The notes beneath the pieces were generated by a model. The model searched no databases and was not told the DNA's origin. It saw nothing but the letters and a program-made list of their open reading frames with translations. Shown piece after piece: positions 28,167-41,088 of a stretch of 50,116 bases of DNA; position 1 is the first letter of the stretch; every line of letters begins with the position of its first letter. The stretch is from an uncultured Oscillospiraceae bacterium (GTDB lineage: Bacteria; Bacillota; Clostridia; Oscillospirales; Acutalibacteraceae), in assembly GCA_910588415.1 (NCBI GenBank), contig CAJUPK010000002.1, positions 1-50,116 of the forward strand, written 5' to 3'. Both the position numbers and the translations under genes were made by a program.

Positions 28167-31100
28167 TCAAAAGTACCAGGATTGGAACAGCTTCAGGGAA
28201 TCCACATACTCGTGGGTGGCAGGCGCGCCGGATATCACCGGGAAATACACCGCGAACAGCGCCAGGCAGGCCAGGGCCAGCGCTCCCAAGCACAGCGGGG
28301 CCAGGGTCAGCCGCAGTCCGCCCGCCTCGCCCGAGCCCCCCAGGGTGACCGTCCGGCTAAGAGGTCCCTGCTGGGACATGTACTGGAAAGCCGCCAGCAG
28401 GGCCAGCACCAGAAAGGGCACGGCAGTGAAGTAGTGGTAGATAAAGGTGAGCCGGGGCACCAGCACCCAGGGCAGGTACACGGACAGAAAGCCCGCCAGG
28501 GCCACGCCGCAGGCCAGATCCCGCTTTTTAAGCCAGTGCCACACCGCAAAGAGCAGCGCCGGGATGCAGCCCCACCACAGCAGGGGATTGCCCATGGAGG
28601 AGATCGTGCTGTACAGGCCATCCCCGGTCTCGCCCCCATAGAACCAGATGGGCCGGGCCACCAGAGGCCACTCGTACCAGGGAGAGGCGAAGCTGTGCTC
28701 TGCCACCAGCTTACTGTGGTAGTTGAACATGGTGCTCTGATAGTTGCAGAAGGCCCACCACTGCTGGTTCACATTGTGGGGCAATGTGGTCATGGGCAAG
28801 AAAGCGGTGTAGTAGATGCCAAAGGGAATGGCGATGAACAAAAGACAGCACCAGCCGCACAGCTGCAGGGCCCGCCGGACCACCGGCTGGGTGGGGCGCT
28901 TGCCCTTGCTCTGCTTTACATAGCTGGCAATCAGTTTGCCAAAGAACAGCACTGCCAGGCCTGCGGCTCCATAGGCGGCCGTCCACTTGCTGGCCACGCC
29001 CAGGCCCATAAAGACGCCGCTCAGGCCCAGGGGAATCAGCAGGGACTTCATGCTGTCCTTGACGATGTCCTTATAAAGGAAACAGGCCATCGCGTCATAC
29101 ATCAGCAGCAGGAAGAACACCGAGTATGTATCTATGGTGGCAATGCGGGTCTGGGTGAAGTGCATGAAGTCAAAGGCAAAAAGCAGGGTGCCCAGGCTGC
29201 AGAGCCAGGTCTTGCCAAAAAGGGTTTTGCACAGATGGTACAGGGCCGGAAGCATCAGCACCCCAAACAGAGTGCCCATGAACCGCCAGCCAAAGGGGTT
29301 CAGCCCGAACAGCCGGATACCCAGGGCGATAATGTGCTTGCCCAGGGGCGGGTGGGTGTTCTCATAGGGCTCCAGGCCCAGAATATGCTCGTAGGCAGTG
29401 CGGGCGTGGTAGATCTCGTCAAAGTAGCTGGAATTTTCATAGGTTTTTTCCAGGGGCACGGTGTTCTGCTCGTCACAAAGAGCCTGGGCTCCTGGGCCCT
29501 CCGCTGTGATGGCCGGGGCCTTTTGAGCTCCGGCAGGCAGCAGGCCCACTTCACTGATGGTGACAGAGCCGTCCAGGGCAGTGAGGCGCACATACTGGCC
29601 GGGGGTCTCCAGCCAATGGGTCTTCCAGGCGAACACATAGCTGTTCTCTGTGGAGCCGCAGTAGGTCCAGACCTCCCCGTCGGTGCTGGTCTCCACCTGC
29701 ATGGTAGAGCCCACCCGGGCGGCATAGTGGTTGGCGTCCGGAGAGAGGCCCGGCAGGAAGAGCAGGCTGCTGGCAGGCTCTTCGCAGTAGAGCACCACGC
29801 TCTCCCCCTCCTGGGGGGTCCAGTTGGTGGTGGGCAGCACTGTGCCGCCCAGGCGCCAGAAAGCTACCGCAGCGTACACCAGGGTGATGCCTCCCAGGAT
29901 AATCCAGTCCAGCCGGACCATTTTCCGGCCCTCTGGGGCCTGAACGGCCAGGGACAGGGGCTCTGCCACTGGGGTCTTCAGCTGGTTCCGGGCTTTTTTG
30001 CCCTTGCGGGCCTTTTTGGGGGCCGCCTCCTCTGCGGCGGGCAGGGCTTCTCCCAGGGTGGGAGCCGTCTCGGCCGCAAGAACCTGGCCGGGCAGCTTGA
30101 TTTCTCCCCGCACATAGGCCCGGTAGTACACCCACAGGGTGTAGGCCACGGCGGCTATCTGCAGGGCCGCAATGGCCTTGCTGGCAAAGGCGTTGGGATT
30201 ATAGCTGCCCCCCAGCTCCCGGAACAGCCAGAGCACATAGCTCACGTTGAGATAACTGGCCCCGGCCAGCAGGCCAAAGGCCCGCAGGAAACGCTTGTCC
30301 CCTGCAAAGACATAGGCCAGCAGCATGAAGAGGAACACCGGGAACATGTAGCGCTCGTGCATCTTCACGGAGAATACATAGACAAGGCTCATCAACACAG
30401 GCACAGCGGCGAACACCGCGTCTTTGCGCTTGGAGAGGAACATTAAGGCCCCGCAGGCCGCTGTGGCCAGGGCTGGTCCGGCCACTGTAAGCACCCCGGC
30501 GTGCAGGCCCTGGGGCAGCCCCCGCCAGTTGTAGCCGATGAGCGCCCAGAAGTTGCAGGCGTTGACAGAGTAGTAGTCATAGTAGTTCATGGTGGACTGG
30601 TACTTGGTGACCAGCCACCCGTAGTTGAAATTGTGGGTAAAGGGGGTTGCCACCAGCAGAATGGCCCCCAGGCTGCAGGCCACCCCCAGGCCCAGCTGCA
30701 GCCACTTTTTCTGCTTGATGGCAAAGCAGATATACAAAGGGGCAAACACCAGCATCTGGGGCTTGCAGATAATGGACAGGCCGTACAGCAGGCCCGAGGG
30801 GATGTACCTCTCCCCATAGAGCAGCAGCACAGAGGCCAGCAGAATGGCCGTACAGAAGGAATCCGCCTGGCCCCACTGGGCGGAGTTGACAAACACCGCC
30901 GGGCAGAACAGGTAGGCCCCGGCCACCAGCAGGGCGGCCCGGTCCCCCAGCTTCCGGCGGCCCAGCCAGAGAAGAACGCCCCCGCACAGCAGGTCCGCCA
31001 GAATAGAGGGCGTTTTCATCAGCAGGGTGTGGGCCTGTCCCTCCACCGCCAAGCCCAGGACCTGCCGCAGTTTTTCCAGCAGGCGCAGCACATAGAGGTA

Positions 31101-31370
31101 GCCTGGGGGATAGTCCAGAAACATGTCCTGCTGGTAGATGTCCCGAAAGCCCACCTGGTCCACTGTGTAGGCCCAGGACTTGAAGGTGCCCATGTCCACA
31201 CTGAAGCCCTCGGAATTGTACCCCAGCCCCAGCCGCAGGGCCAAGGCCCCCCAAAGCAGCAGCCCAGCCCACAGAGCAAAGCCCCGGCTCTGGCCCTCTT
31301 TAAAGCGCCGGTTGGCCAGCACCCACACGCCGCCGCAAAAGGCCGCGCCCAAATAGATGTAAGCGATCAT
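28167..31370 (-). CDS. Lipid-carrier-dependent glycosyltransferase: GT-C module + small beta-sandwich + PMT/GT39-like module
   Basis: N-module DYPPGY, WGQADS, KPQ, MHERY; C-module YFDEIYH, THPPLGK, FGWRF, RIATID, HSFASPWYEWP, GNPLLWW, FIYHY; start ATG 31370 after GAGGAG. Confidence 0.88.
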   Translation of the reverse strand: MIAYIYLGAAFCGGVWVLANRRFKEGQSRGFALWAGLLLWGALALRLGLGYNSEGFSVDMGTFKSWAYTVDQVGFRDIYQQDMFLDYPPGYLYVLRLLEKLRQVLGLAVEGQAHTLLMKTPSILADLLCGGVLLWLGRRKLGDRAALLVAGAYLFCPAVFVNSAQWGQADSFCTAILLASVLLLYGERYIPSGLLYGLSIICKPQMLVFAPLYICFAIKQKKWLQLGLGVACSLGAILLVATPFTHNFNYGWLVTKYQSTMNYYDYYSVNACNFWALIGYNWRGLPQGLHAGVLTVAGPALATAACGALMFLSKRKDAVFAAVPVLMSLVYVFSVKMHERYMFPVFLFMLLAYVFAGDKRFLRAFGLLAGASYLNVSYVLWLFRELGGSYNPNAFASKAIAALQIAAVAYTLWVYYRAYVRGEIKLPGQVLAAETAPTLGEALPAAEEAAPKKARKGKKARNQLKTPVAEPLSLAVQAPEGRKMVRLDWIILGGITLVYAAVAFWRLGGTVLPTTNWTPQEGESVVLYCEEPASSLLFLPGLSPDANHYAARVGSTMQVETSTDGEVWTYCGSTENSYVFAWKTHWLETPGQYVRLTALDGSVTISEVGLLPAGAQKAPAITAEGPGAQALCDEQNTVPLEKTYENSSYFDEIYHARTAYEHILGLEPYENTHPPLGKHIIALGIRLFGLNPFGWRFMGTLFGVLMLPALYHLCKTLFGKTWLCSLGTLLFAFDFMHFTQTRIATIDTYSVFFLLLMYDAMACFLYKDIVKDSMKSLLIPLGLSGVFMGLGVASKWTAAYGAAGLAVLFFGKLIASYVKQSKGKRPTQPVVRRALQLCGWCCLLFIAIPFGIYYTAFLPMTTLPHNVNQQWWAFCNYQSTMFNYHSKLVAEHSFASPWYEWPLVARPIWFYGGETGDGLYSTISSMGNPLLWWGCIPALLFAVWHWLKKRDLACGVALAGFLSVYLPWVLVPRLTFIYHYFTAVPFLVLALLAAFQYMSQQGPLSRTVTLGGSGEAGGLRLTLAPLCLGALALACLALFAVYFPVISGAPATHEYVDSLKLFQSWYF

Positions 31371-31826
31371 ACTCTCTCTCTCCTCGTTGTTTGTTCCCGC
31401 CCACGCACACACGGTTTCCACTATATTTACTACATCCTCTGTAATCTTCAAAAAAGCTATTGACTATTTTGCCGATTCCGTGTAAGCTATGGGTATACTA
31501 TATGGAAGACGGGGACCTGTAAACCCTGCTTCCATTCAGTACGCTCTCTATAGTATAGTGCTTTCCAGCCGGAAAGTCAAATGCTGGCGCAAATTCCAAA
31601 CCAATCCGGGCTTGCCTGGGAACAGGGACAGCGCTGGATTTTTGTCCGCAGAGAGAGATTTCCCGGGGAAACCCTGGAAATTCCCCCAGGTTTTCTGGAA
31701 TTTCCAGCCCAAAGCTGGCCAGTGCCAGGGGAAACACCGCAAATACCGCCTTTTTGTTCCAAACAAGGGCTTTGTGACCAATCTCTTGGCTTTGACGCAA
31801 AAATCCGGCATTTCCTGTGTTTCTAA

Positions 31827-34955
<3,129 letters not shown>

Positions 34956-35163
34956 AGGCGCCCTTTGGGGCATAGAGAAAACAGCCAGAACCCTATAAAA
35001 AAGGGGAGCATCCCAGGCTTTGGGCGGGGTGCTCCCCTTTTGGGCGGCTTTAGCGGGAATTTTCTTTTGCCCTGGGGGGAACACCCCTTGCAGGCACAGC
35101 GGGTTTCCGGTATAATAAGGGAAAAGCGGCTCTGCCTAAAAATCCTTTGTAGGAGGACGTCAC

Positions 35164-35589
35164 TTGAACAGAGAAAACAAGAGAAAGCAATACGAAAAAG
35201 GCTACTACCAAAACCACGCCTGCAGCGACAGCTTTACCTGCAAGCAGTGCGGGCGGCTGGTGACCCCAGAGGCGGCTGGCACCCAGCACCGCAACCACTG
35301 CCCCAACTGCCTGACCAGCCTGCATGTGGACAACGAACCCGGCGACCGGGACGCGGACTGCGGCGGGCAGATGGAGCCCATCAGCGTGTGGGTGCGCAAA
35401 AACGGCGAGTGGGCCATTATCCATCGGTGCAAGCGCTGCGGGGCTCTCAGCTCCAACCGGGTGGCCGCGGACGACAACCCCATGAAGCTGATGTCCATTG
35501 CCCTGCGCCCCCTCAGCCAGCCCCCCTTCCCCTTAGAGCGCATCGAGGAGCTGACAGAGATGATGGCCGGGGACGGGTCCATAAAATAA
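35164..35589 (+). CDS. RNHCP domain protein (tandem domains)
   Basis: FTCKQCG...HRNHCPNCLTSLHVD..PGDR..CGGQMEP...IIHRCKRCG...NRVAADD; TTG start after AGGAGG; promoter TTGCAG-N17-TATAAT 35088-35116. Confidence 0.9.
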   Translation: MNRENKRKQYEKGYYQNHACSDSFTCKQCGRLVTPEAAGTQHRNHCPNCLTSLHVDNEPGDRDADCGGQMEPISVWVRKNGEWAIIHRCKRCGALSSNRVAADDNPMKLMSIALRPLSQPPFPLERIEELTEMMAGDGSIK

Positions 35590-35771
35590 AAGACTCTGGC
35601 TTCTTTGGCAGCCTCCAGGCCAGGCTCCTCCCTTGTTTGGGAGGGGGGGAAGCCTGGCAGGGGAAAAGAGCGAAAGGGATATCCCTACGCCATCCAGTCC
35701 ATTGAGATTGGAGGATGCTGGACTGCCGCCCCCTGCGCCAGATTGGCGGCCTATGAACACAATCAACACCC

Positions 35772-35807
35772 AAAAAAGCCTCTGGCGGGAAAACCAGAGG
35801 CTTTTTG
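35772..35807. terminator. Bidirectional terminator
   Basis: AAAAAGCCTCTGG / CCAGAGGCTTTTT. Confidence 0.8.
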
Positions 35808-35824
35808 CGTTCAAAGGGCTGCCA

Positions 35825-35856
35825 GCCGCTTATTTTTGCGGGATTTGCGCCGATTA
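35825..35856 (+). promoter_or_regulatory. Putative sigma28/SigD-type promoter
   Basis: TTAT-N15-GCCGATTA; shares its extended sequence with the site at 44437-44470. Confidence 0.5.
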
Positions 35857-35984
35857 TCTATATATAAGTAAAAAATGGCAGGAAATGGCGCGGCAAGGGG
35901 CCGGAAGGAACGCTGGCGGCCCTGTTTTTTTACTTGCCTTTCCAGCCAGTCGTGCTAAAGGGGATTATAAAGGAGGCTCTCTGT

Positions 35985-36782
35985 ATGATAATCGGCTCTG
36001 TAAACGCATATGCCAAGCAGCTGAAGCTGCAGACAGAATTTCAGATGAAACAGGCCAGGGGCCAGCTGGGCAACCATGAGACCCTGGAGCAGTGGCTGGG
36101 CGATGACCCCTCTTCGGACGACACAGAGAAGCAGGACACGCAGCTGAAGACCATCCGCCAAAAGCTGGACCAGGGCGGCCGCCTTACCTTTGAGGAACGG
36201 CGGTACCTGCAGGCCAAGGATCCCCAGGCCTATGCCAAGCTGGAGGCCGCGGAGCGGGAGCAGCGGGCCTTTGAGCAGAAGCTCCGCCAGTGCCGCACCA
36301 GGGAGGAGGCCCAGCGGCTGAAGCTGACCTATCTCAGCTCCTCCATGGCCACGGTGAAAGCGGTAGAGCGCAATTCCAATCTCACCTCTGCAGAAAAGCT
36401 GGCCATTCTGGTCCAGGAGAAGCAGCGCTGCGACCGGCTGGAGCAGAGCTCCCGGGATTTTGTGCGCCGGGGCGAGTACCACAGCCTGCCCACAGACGCA
36501 GAGGCCGCCAAGGCCTGCCGGGACACCCGGAAAGCCGAAAAGGCCCGGCGAGCCAGGCGCGTCCAGCGGACAGAGGACAAGAAAAAGGCCTACCGCCGCA
36601 AACGGGAGAAGAAGGGGCCCCGGCCCGAGACTCCAGAGCAGAGAAAAGTGCGGCGGGCCAACGCCAAAGCCCGGGCAAACGCGGCCCTGCACAACACAGC
36701 GGCGTTTATGGCTGTGGTAGAGGCCTACCGGACCGCCCGGACCCCAGAGCCGCCCCAGCCCCAGGTGGACGTCAAAGGCTAA
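35985..36782 (+). CDS. Hypothetical helical protein with basic C-terminal tail
   Basis: Start MIIGSV with AAGGAGG RBS; host-like codon usage; contains I-x6-G-x9-YL-x3-DP-x-AY module. Confidence 0.8.
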   Translation: MIIGSVNAYAKQLKLQTEFQMKQARGQLGNHETLEQWLGDDPSSDDTEKQDTQLKTIRQKLDQGGRLTFEERRYLQAKDPQAYAKLEAAEREQRAFEQKLRQCRTREEAQRLKLTYLSSSMATVKAVERNSNLTSAEKLAILVQEKQRCDRLEQSSRDFVRRGEYHSLPTDAEAAKACRDTRKAEKARRARRVQRTEDKKKAYRRKREKKGPRPETPEQRKVRRANAKARANAALHNTAAFMAVVEAYRTARTPEPPQPQVDVKG

Positions 36783-36944
36783 CTGCATGGCCTGGGGCAG
36801 ATCCAGGAATTTTTTTAAGCGGGAAGGGGCCGTTTTCTGCCTGGGCGGCACAACGGCCCCTTTCGTTCTGCGCCCTTGCGCTGGCAGTTCTGCGCGGGGG
36901 CCGCGGGCTCTCTGGGGCCCTATTCTGTTTGGAAAGGAATCTGT

Positions 36945-37922
36945 ATGAAACGCATCCTACTCATTGCCACCGGGGGCACCATTGCCTGCGCCAAGACCGA
37001 GGGCGGGCTGGCCCCAGCCCTCTCCCCAGCCCAGCTGCTGGAGCGGGTGCCGGACGCCCAGGGCTTTTGCCAGGTAGAGACCCTGCAGGCCCTGAACCTG
37101 GACAGCACCAACATTGCCCCTGCCCACTGGCTGCTGCTGGCCCGGACCATCCAGGAGAATTACCAGCGGTTCGACGGGTTTGTGGTCTGCCACGGCACAG
37201 ACACTTTGGCCTACACAGCCGCGGCCCTGTCCTATCTCATCCAGAACACCTGCAAGCCCATTGTGCTCACTGGCGCCCAGAAGCCCATTGACCAGGAGGA
37301 CACGGACGCCCGGCAGAACCTGCTGGACAGCCTGCTGTTCGCCTGCCAGGAGGAAAGCGGGGTGTGCATTGTCTTTGGGGGCCATGTAATTGCCGGAACC
37401 CGGGCCAGGAAGACCCGCACCAAAAGCTACAACGCTTTTTCCAGCATCAATTTTCCCGACTTGGCGGAGGTGCGGGACCACCGGGTGGTGCGCTTCATCC
37501 CCTGCGCCCAGACTGGGCGGCCCGCCTTTACCCACAGCCTGAACACCCGGGTCTCTCTACTGAAGCTGATTCCCGGCCTGGACCCAGCCGCTTTTGCCGC
37601 TTTAGGGGGCCTGTGCGATGGGCTGATCATTGAGAGTTATGGCGTGGGCGGAATTCCGGACCTGTACCTGGACCAGCTGGAGGCTTTGGTGCGGTCCGGG
37701 GTCACGGTGGTGTTAGCCACCCAGGTGCCCCAGGAGGGCAGCGACCTCTCGGTGTACCAGGTGGGCCACCGGGTAAAAGAGCGCTTCCAGCTGCTGGAGC
37801 CCTATGACATGACCCTGGAATCCACGGTCACCAAGCTCATGTGGGTGCTGGGCCAGACCCGCCAGCCCGATGAAATACGACAGCTGTTTTACACGCCCGT
37901 AAACTATGACCTGCTGTTTTAG
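36945..37922 (+). CDS. ansA: L-asparaginase type I
   Basis: ATGGTIA, HGTDTLAY, TGAQKP, AFSSINFP. Confidence 0.93.
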   Translation: MKRILLIATGGTIACAKTEGGLAPALSPAQLLERVPDAQGFCQVETLQALNLDSTNIAPAHWLLLARTIQENYQRFDGFVVCHGTDTLAYTAAALSYLIQNTCKPIVLTGAQKPIDQEDTDARQNLLDSLLFACQEESGVCIVFGGHVIAGTRARKTRTKSYNAFSSINFPDLAEVRDHRVVRFIPCAQTGRPAFTHSLNTRVSLLKLIPGLDPAAFAALGGLCDGLIIESYGVGGIPDLYLDQLEALVRSGVTVVLATQVPQEGSDLSVYQVGHRVKERFQLLEPYDMTLESTVTKLMWVLGQTRQPDEIRQLFYTPVNYDLLF

Positions 37923-38240
37923 GGCCGATGACCCTGTCTCCCTTCCCCTCTCGATTTTTCCCGGCCTGCATGGCCGGGTTTTTTGTGCGTTTTTTTGCCT
38001 GCCCTCCCGCAGACAGGCAGTTTTCCCCCCATCCTTTCATACATTTAAGGGATAGCCAAAGAAAATCAAGGAGCTTCTCTGGCTATTCCAGAGCCTGCTT
38101 TAAAAGCTTTGGAATACGGCGGCCAAAAACCCAGCTTTTCCCTGGTTTTCAAACAGGCTTTGGGGAACGCGGCTGAAAACAGGGGAGCTGCTGATTTTCA
38201 CAAGCGTTTCCTGCAGCAATGGATAAAGGAGTGAACCCAC

Positions 38241-38930
38241 ATGCTGTTTGCCAACCTGCTGGATCTTTTTTCCCATATCATCTACCTGATGCTTCACGTC
38301 ACGGGCACGGGCAGTTTTCCCCGGGCGCTGAGCCCTGCCCAGGAGAAGCGCTGCCTGGAGGAGATGGCCCAGGGCAGCCCGGCTGCCCGGCAGACCCTTA
38401 TAGAGCACAACCTGCGGCTGGTGGCCCATATTGTAAAAAAGTATTATGTCAACGGCAGCGACCAGGAGGACCTGATCTCCATTGGGTCCATTGGGTTGAT
38501 CAAGGCCATTGACAGCTTTGACCCCCATAAGGGAATCCGGCTGTCCAGCTATGCTTCTAAGTGTATTGAAAATGAAATCCTCATGTTCTTCCGCACGGGG
38601 AAAAAGTCCGCCCAGGATGTGTCCATCAACGAGCCCATTGACACCGACAAGGACGGCAATGCCTTGACCCTGATGGACACCATGGCTGTGGACGACACGG
38701 TGATTGACGACATTGACGTGCGCATGAAAAGCCGGAAGCTCTATGATTTTCTGCCGGATCTGGAGCCCCGGGAGCGCAGTGTGATCTGTATGCGCTATGG
38801 CCTGGGGGGCCGCAAGCCCCTGCCCCAGCGGGAGGTGGCCGTGAAGCTGGGCATCTCCCGGTCCTATGTGTCCCGCATTGAGAAGCGGGCCCTGGAAAAA
38901 CTGCGGGGGCAGTTTGAGAGAAACTTCTGA
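38241..38930 (+). CDS. sigK: Sporulation sigma factor SigK (pro-form, uninterrupted)
   Basis: Hydrophobic pro-sequence then GSFPRALS, EHNLRLVAHIVKKY, DLISIGSIGLIKAI, CIENEILM, QREVA..LGISRSYVSRIEKRAL. Confidence 0.92.
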   Translation: MLFANLLDLFSHIIYLMLHVTGTGSFPRALSPAQEKRCLEEMAQGSPAARQTLIEHNLRLVAHIVKKYYVNGSDQEDLISIGSIGLIKAIDSFDPHKGIRLSSYASKCIENEILMFFRTGKKSAQDVSINEPIDTDKDGNALTLMDTMAVDDTVIDDIDVRMKSRKLYDFLPDLEPRERSVICMRYGLGGRKPLPQREVAVKLGISRSYVSRIEKRALEKLRGQFERNF

Positions 38931-39009
38931 CGCTGCCTTTGGCAGTCCCCCAAATTTTGCCCCTGGGCCCGGCCCTGCCTTTGGGAAATACAGCTGAAAC
39001 TCCTGGCGG

Positions 39010-40014
39010 CTACTGGATGTCCCGCTGGGCGTAGGCGTTCAGCTCCATCCCGGCCTGGTGGCCAGCCAGCAGCTCGTAATAGCCCTGGGCGGCAATCATA
39101 GCGGCATTGTCCCCGCACAGGCTCAGTTCCGGCAGGAACAGGGGCAGGCCCGCCTCCTGGCTGAAAGCCTCCAGTTCCCGGCGGAGCAGCCGGTTGGCGG
39201 AGACCCCTCCGGCTGCGGCCAGCCTTTTTGCCCCGGTCTCCCTGGCCGCCTGGCGGAAGCTGGCCATCAGGCAGCCCACTACAGCCCGGCGGTAGCTGGC
39301 GCACAGGTCCGGCACACAGACGGCCTCGCCCCGCTGAGCGGCGTTGTGCAATAGGTTTAGGGCAGCGGTTTTCAGTCCGGAAAAGCTGAAGTCCAGGGGG
39401 GAACCCTCCACTTTGGGCCTGGGCAGCTGATAGGCCAAGGGGTCCCCGGTCTCCGCGATTTTGTCCAGCTCTACCCCGCCGGGGTACGGAATGCCCATGG
39501 CCCGGGCCGCCTTGTCAAAGGCCTCCCCTGCCGCGTCGTCCCGTGTGCGGGCCAGCACCTGCAGCTGGGTGTAGTCCTCCACCTGCACAATGTGGGAGTG
39601 GCCCCCCGAGACCACCAGGCACAAAAAGGGGGGTTCCAGCCCTGGATGGGAGAGATAGTTGGCGGCAATGTGCCCCCGCAGATGGTGGACCGGCACCAGG
39701 GGCAGGTCCCCTGCCAGGGCCAGGCCCTTTGCAAAGTTCACCCCCACCAGCAGGGCTCCGATGAGCCCAGGGGCATAGGTCACCGCAATGGCGTCCACCT
39801 GGCCAAGACTAAGACCTGCCTGGGCCAAAGCCTCCCCGGTCACCCCGGAGATGGCCTCGCTGTGCCGCCGGGAGGCAATCTCCGGCACCACGCCCCCATA
39901 CAGCTTGTGCTCCTCCACCTGGCTGGCCACCACAGAGGAGAGCACCCGCCGCCCGTCTTCCACCAGGGCGGCCGCCGTCTCGTCGCAGGAGCTCTCTATT
40001 CCTAAAATAATCAC
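39010..40014 (-). CDS. tsaD: t6A tRNA threonylcarbamoyltransferase TsaD
   Basis: GIESSCDET, GGVVPEIASRRH, HHLRGH, VSGGHS, DDAAGEAFDK, FSFSGLKT, DNAAMI; GTG start overlaps rimI stop. Confidence 0.96.
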   Translation of the reverse strand: MIILGIESSCDETAAALVEDGRRVLSSVVASQVEEHKLYGGVVPEIASRRHSEAISGVTGEALAQAGLSLGQVDAIAVTYAPGLIGALLVGVNFAKGLALAGDLPLVPVHHLRGHIAANYLSHPGLEPPFLCLVVSGGHSHIVQVEDYTQLQVLARTRDDAAGEAFDKAARAMGIPYPGGVELDKIAETGDPLAYQLPRPKVEGSPLDFSFSGLKTAALNLLHNAAQRGEAVCVPDLCASYRRAVVGCLMASFRQAARETGAKRLAAAGGVSANRLLRRELEAFSQEAGLPLFLPELSLCGDNAAMIAAQGYYELLAGHQAGMELNAYAQRDIQ

Positions 40015-40484
40015 AGAACATCCTCCTTTCCCGCTGGTTCCTCCAGCCAATAGGTCATAATCAGCGCGTCCTCGGTTGGACGGGTATAAAAATTCTTCCG
40101 GCGGCCTGCCTGGCAGAAGCCCAGGCCCTTATACAGGGCCAGCGCCGCCTGGTTCGAGGCCCGCACCTCTAAGGAGAGGAAACAGCCGTCTCTGGCCCGT
40201 GCCTCTTCCAGGAGGGCCGTGACAATCAGCCTGCCAATCCCCTGCCGCCGGCAGCAGGGGGCCACGGCAATATTGTCCACATAGAACTCCCCGGCGGCAA
40301 AGCGCATCCCTCCATAGCCCAGCAGCCGACCCTCCTGCAGGGCGGCCAGGTACACGGCCTGGGGGTTGTCCAGCTCGCTGGCCAAAGCCTGGCGGCTCCA
40401 GGGGGTGGAGAAGCACAGCTGTTCCAGCTCCGCCACAGCCTCCAGCCAGTCCTCTGTCACGGGGACCACCTGGGGGGCCGTCAA
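40011..40484 (-). CDS. rimI: Ribosomal protein S18 alanine N-acetyltransferase
   Basis: LEQLCFSTPWS, NIAV..RRQGIG, LEVRASN, RRKNFY..P.EDALIM; TTG start overlaps upstream stop (TTGA), GGGAGG RBS. Confidence 0.9.
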   Translation of the reverse strand: MTAPQVVPVTEDWLEAVAELEQLCFSTPWSRQALASELDNPQAVYLAALQEGRLLGYGGMRFAAGEFYVDNIAVAPCCRRQGIGRLIVTALLEEARARDGCFLSLEVRASNQAALALYKGLGFCQAGRRKNFYTRPTEDALIMTYWLEEPAGKEDVL

Positions 40485-40921
40485 CGGTCCCCCTCCCAAG
40501 CAGGCAGCAGGGCCTGGTCTAAAAACACCGCCAGCTGGCGGGAGAGCTGGTCCCGGCACTGGCGGTACACAGCCAGGTCCCCGCCAAAGGGGTCGGCCAC
40601 TGGCTCCGGCACATAGATGCGGGCAGCGGGCACGCCAGCCTGCTCCAAAATATAGGCGTGGGTCTGGGTCATGGGGAAAAACAGATCCCACTGGACCATG
40701 TCCTGGCTGGTCAGCCGCCGGGCCCGGTGGGCGGACAGGTCCACCCCCACCTCCCGGCAGGCCAGCAGGGCGTTTTCCGAGGCAGGCTGGCCCTCTATGG
40801 CTGAAAGCCCCGCGCTGGCCGCCGTCCCCTCCAGGCCCCGGCGCTGCAGCAGCTGCCGGAACAGTCCCTCCGCCATAGGGCTGCGGCAGGTGTTGCCTGT
40901 GCAGACGAATAGTATTTTCAT
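40481..40921 (-). CDS. Low-molecular-weight protein arginine/tyrosine phosphatase (YwlE-like)
   Basis: FVCTGNTCRSPMAE P-loop; DPFGG. Confidence 0.92.
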   Translation of the reverse strand: MKILFVCTGNTCRSPMAEGLFRQLLQRRGLEGTAASAGLSAIEGQPASENALLACREVGVDLSAHRARRLTSQDMVQWDLFFPMTQTHAYILEQAGVPAARIYVPEPVADPFGGDLAVYRQCRDQLSRQLAVFLDQALLPAWEGDR

Positions 40922-41088
40922 AGATTCTCCTGTCCTTTATGTATTCAAATCAGCGGGACAGCCCCCGGCTGCGCCAGACCGGAAGAAAGGCCGCGGGGAC
41001 CGGAAATCCCCGCGCCCTCTCCCCTGGACGGCGTTTTGGCTGGCAAAGGGTCCTGGGATAGGCCCAGGCCCTGGCCAGGCGCTTTGGT

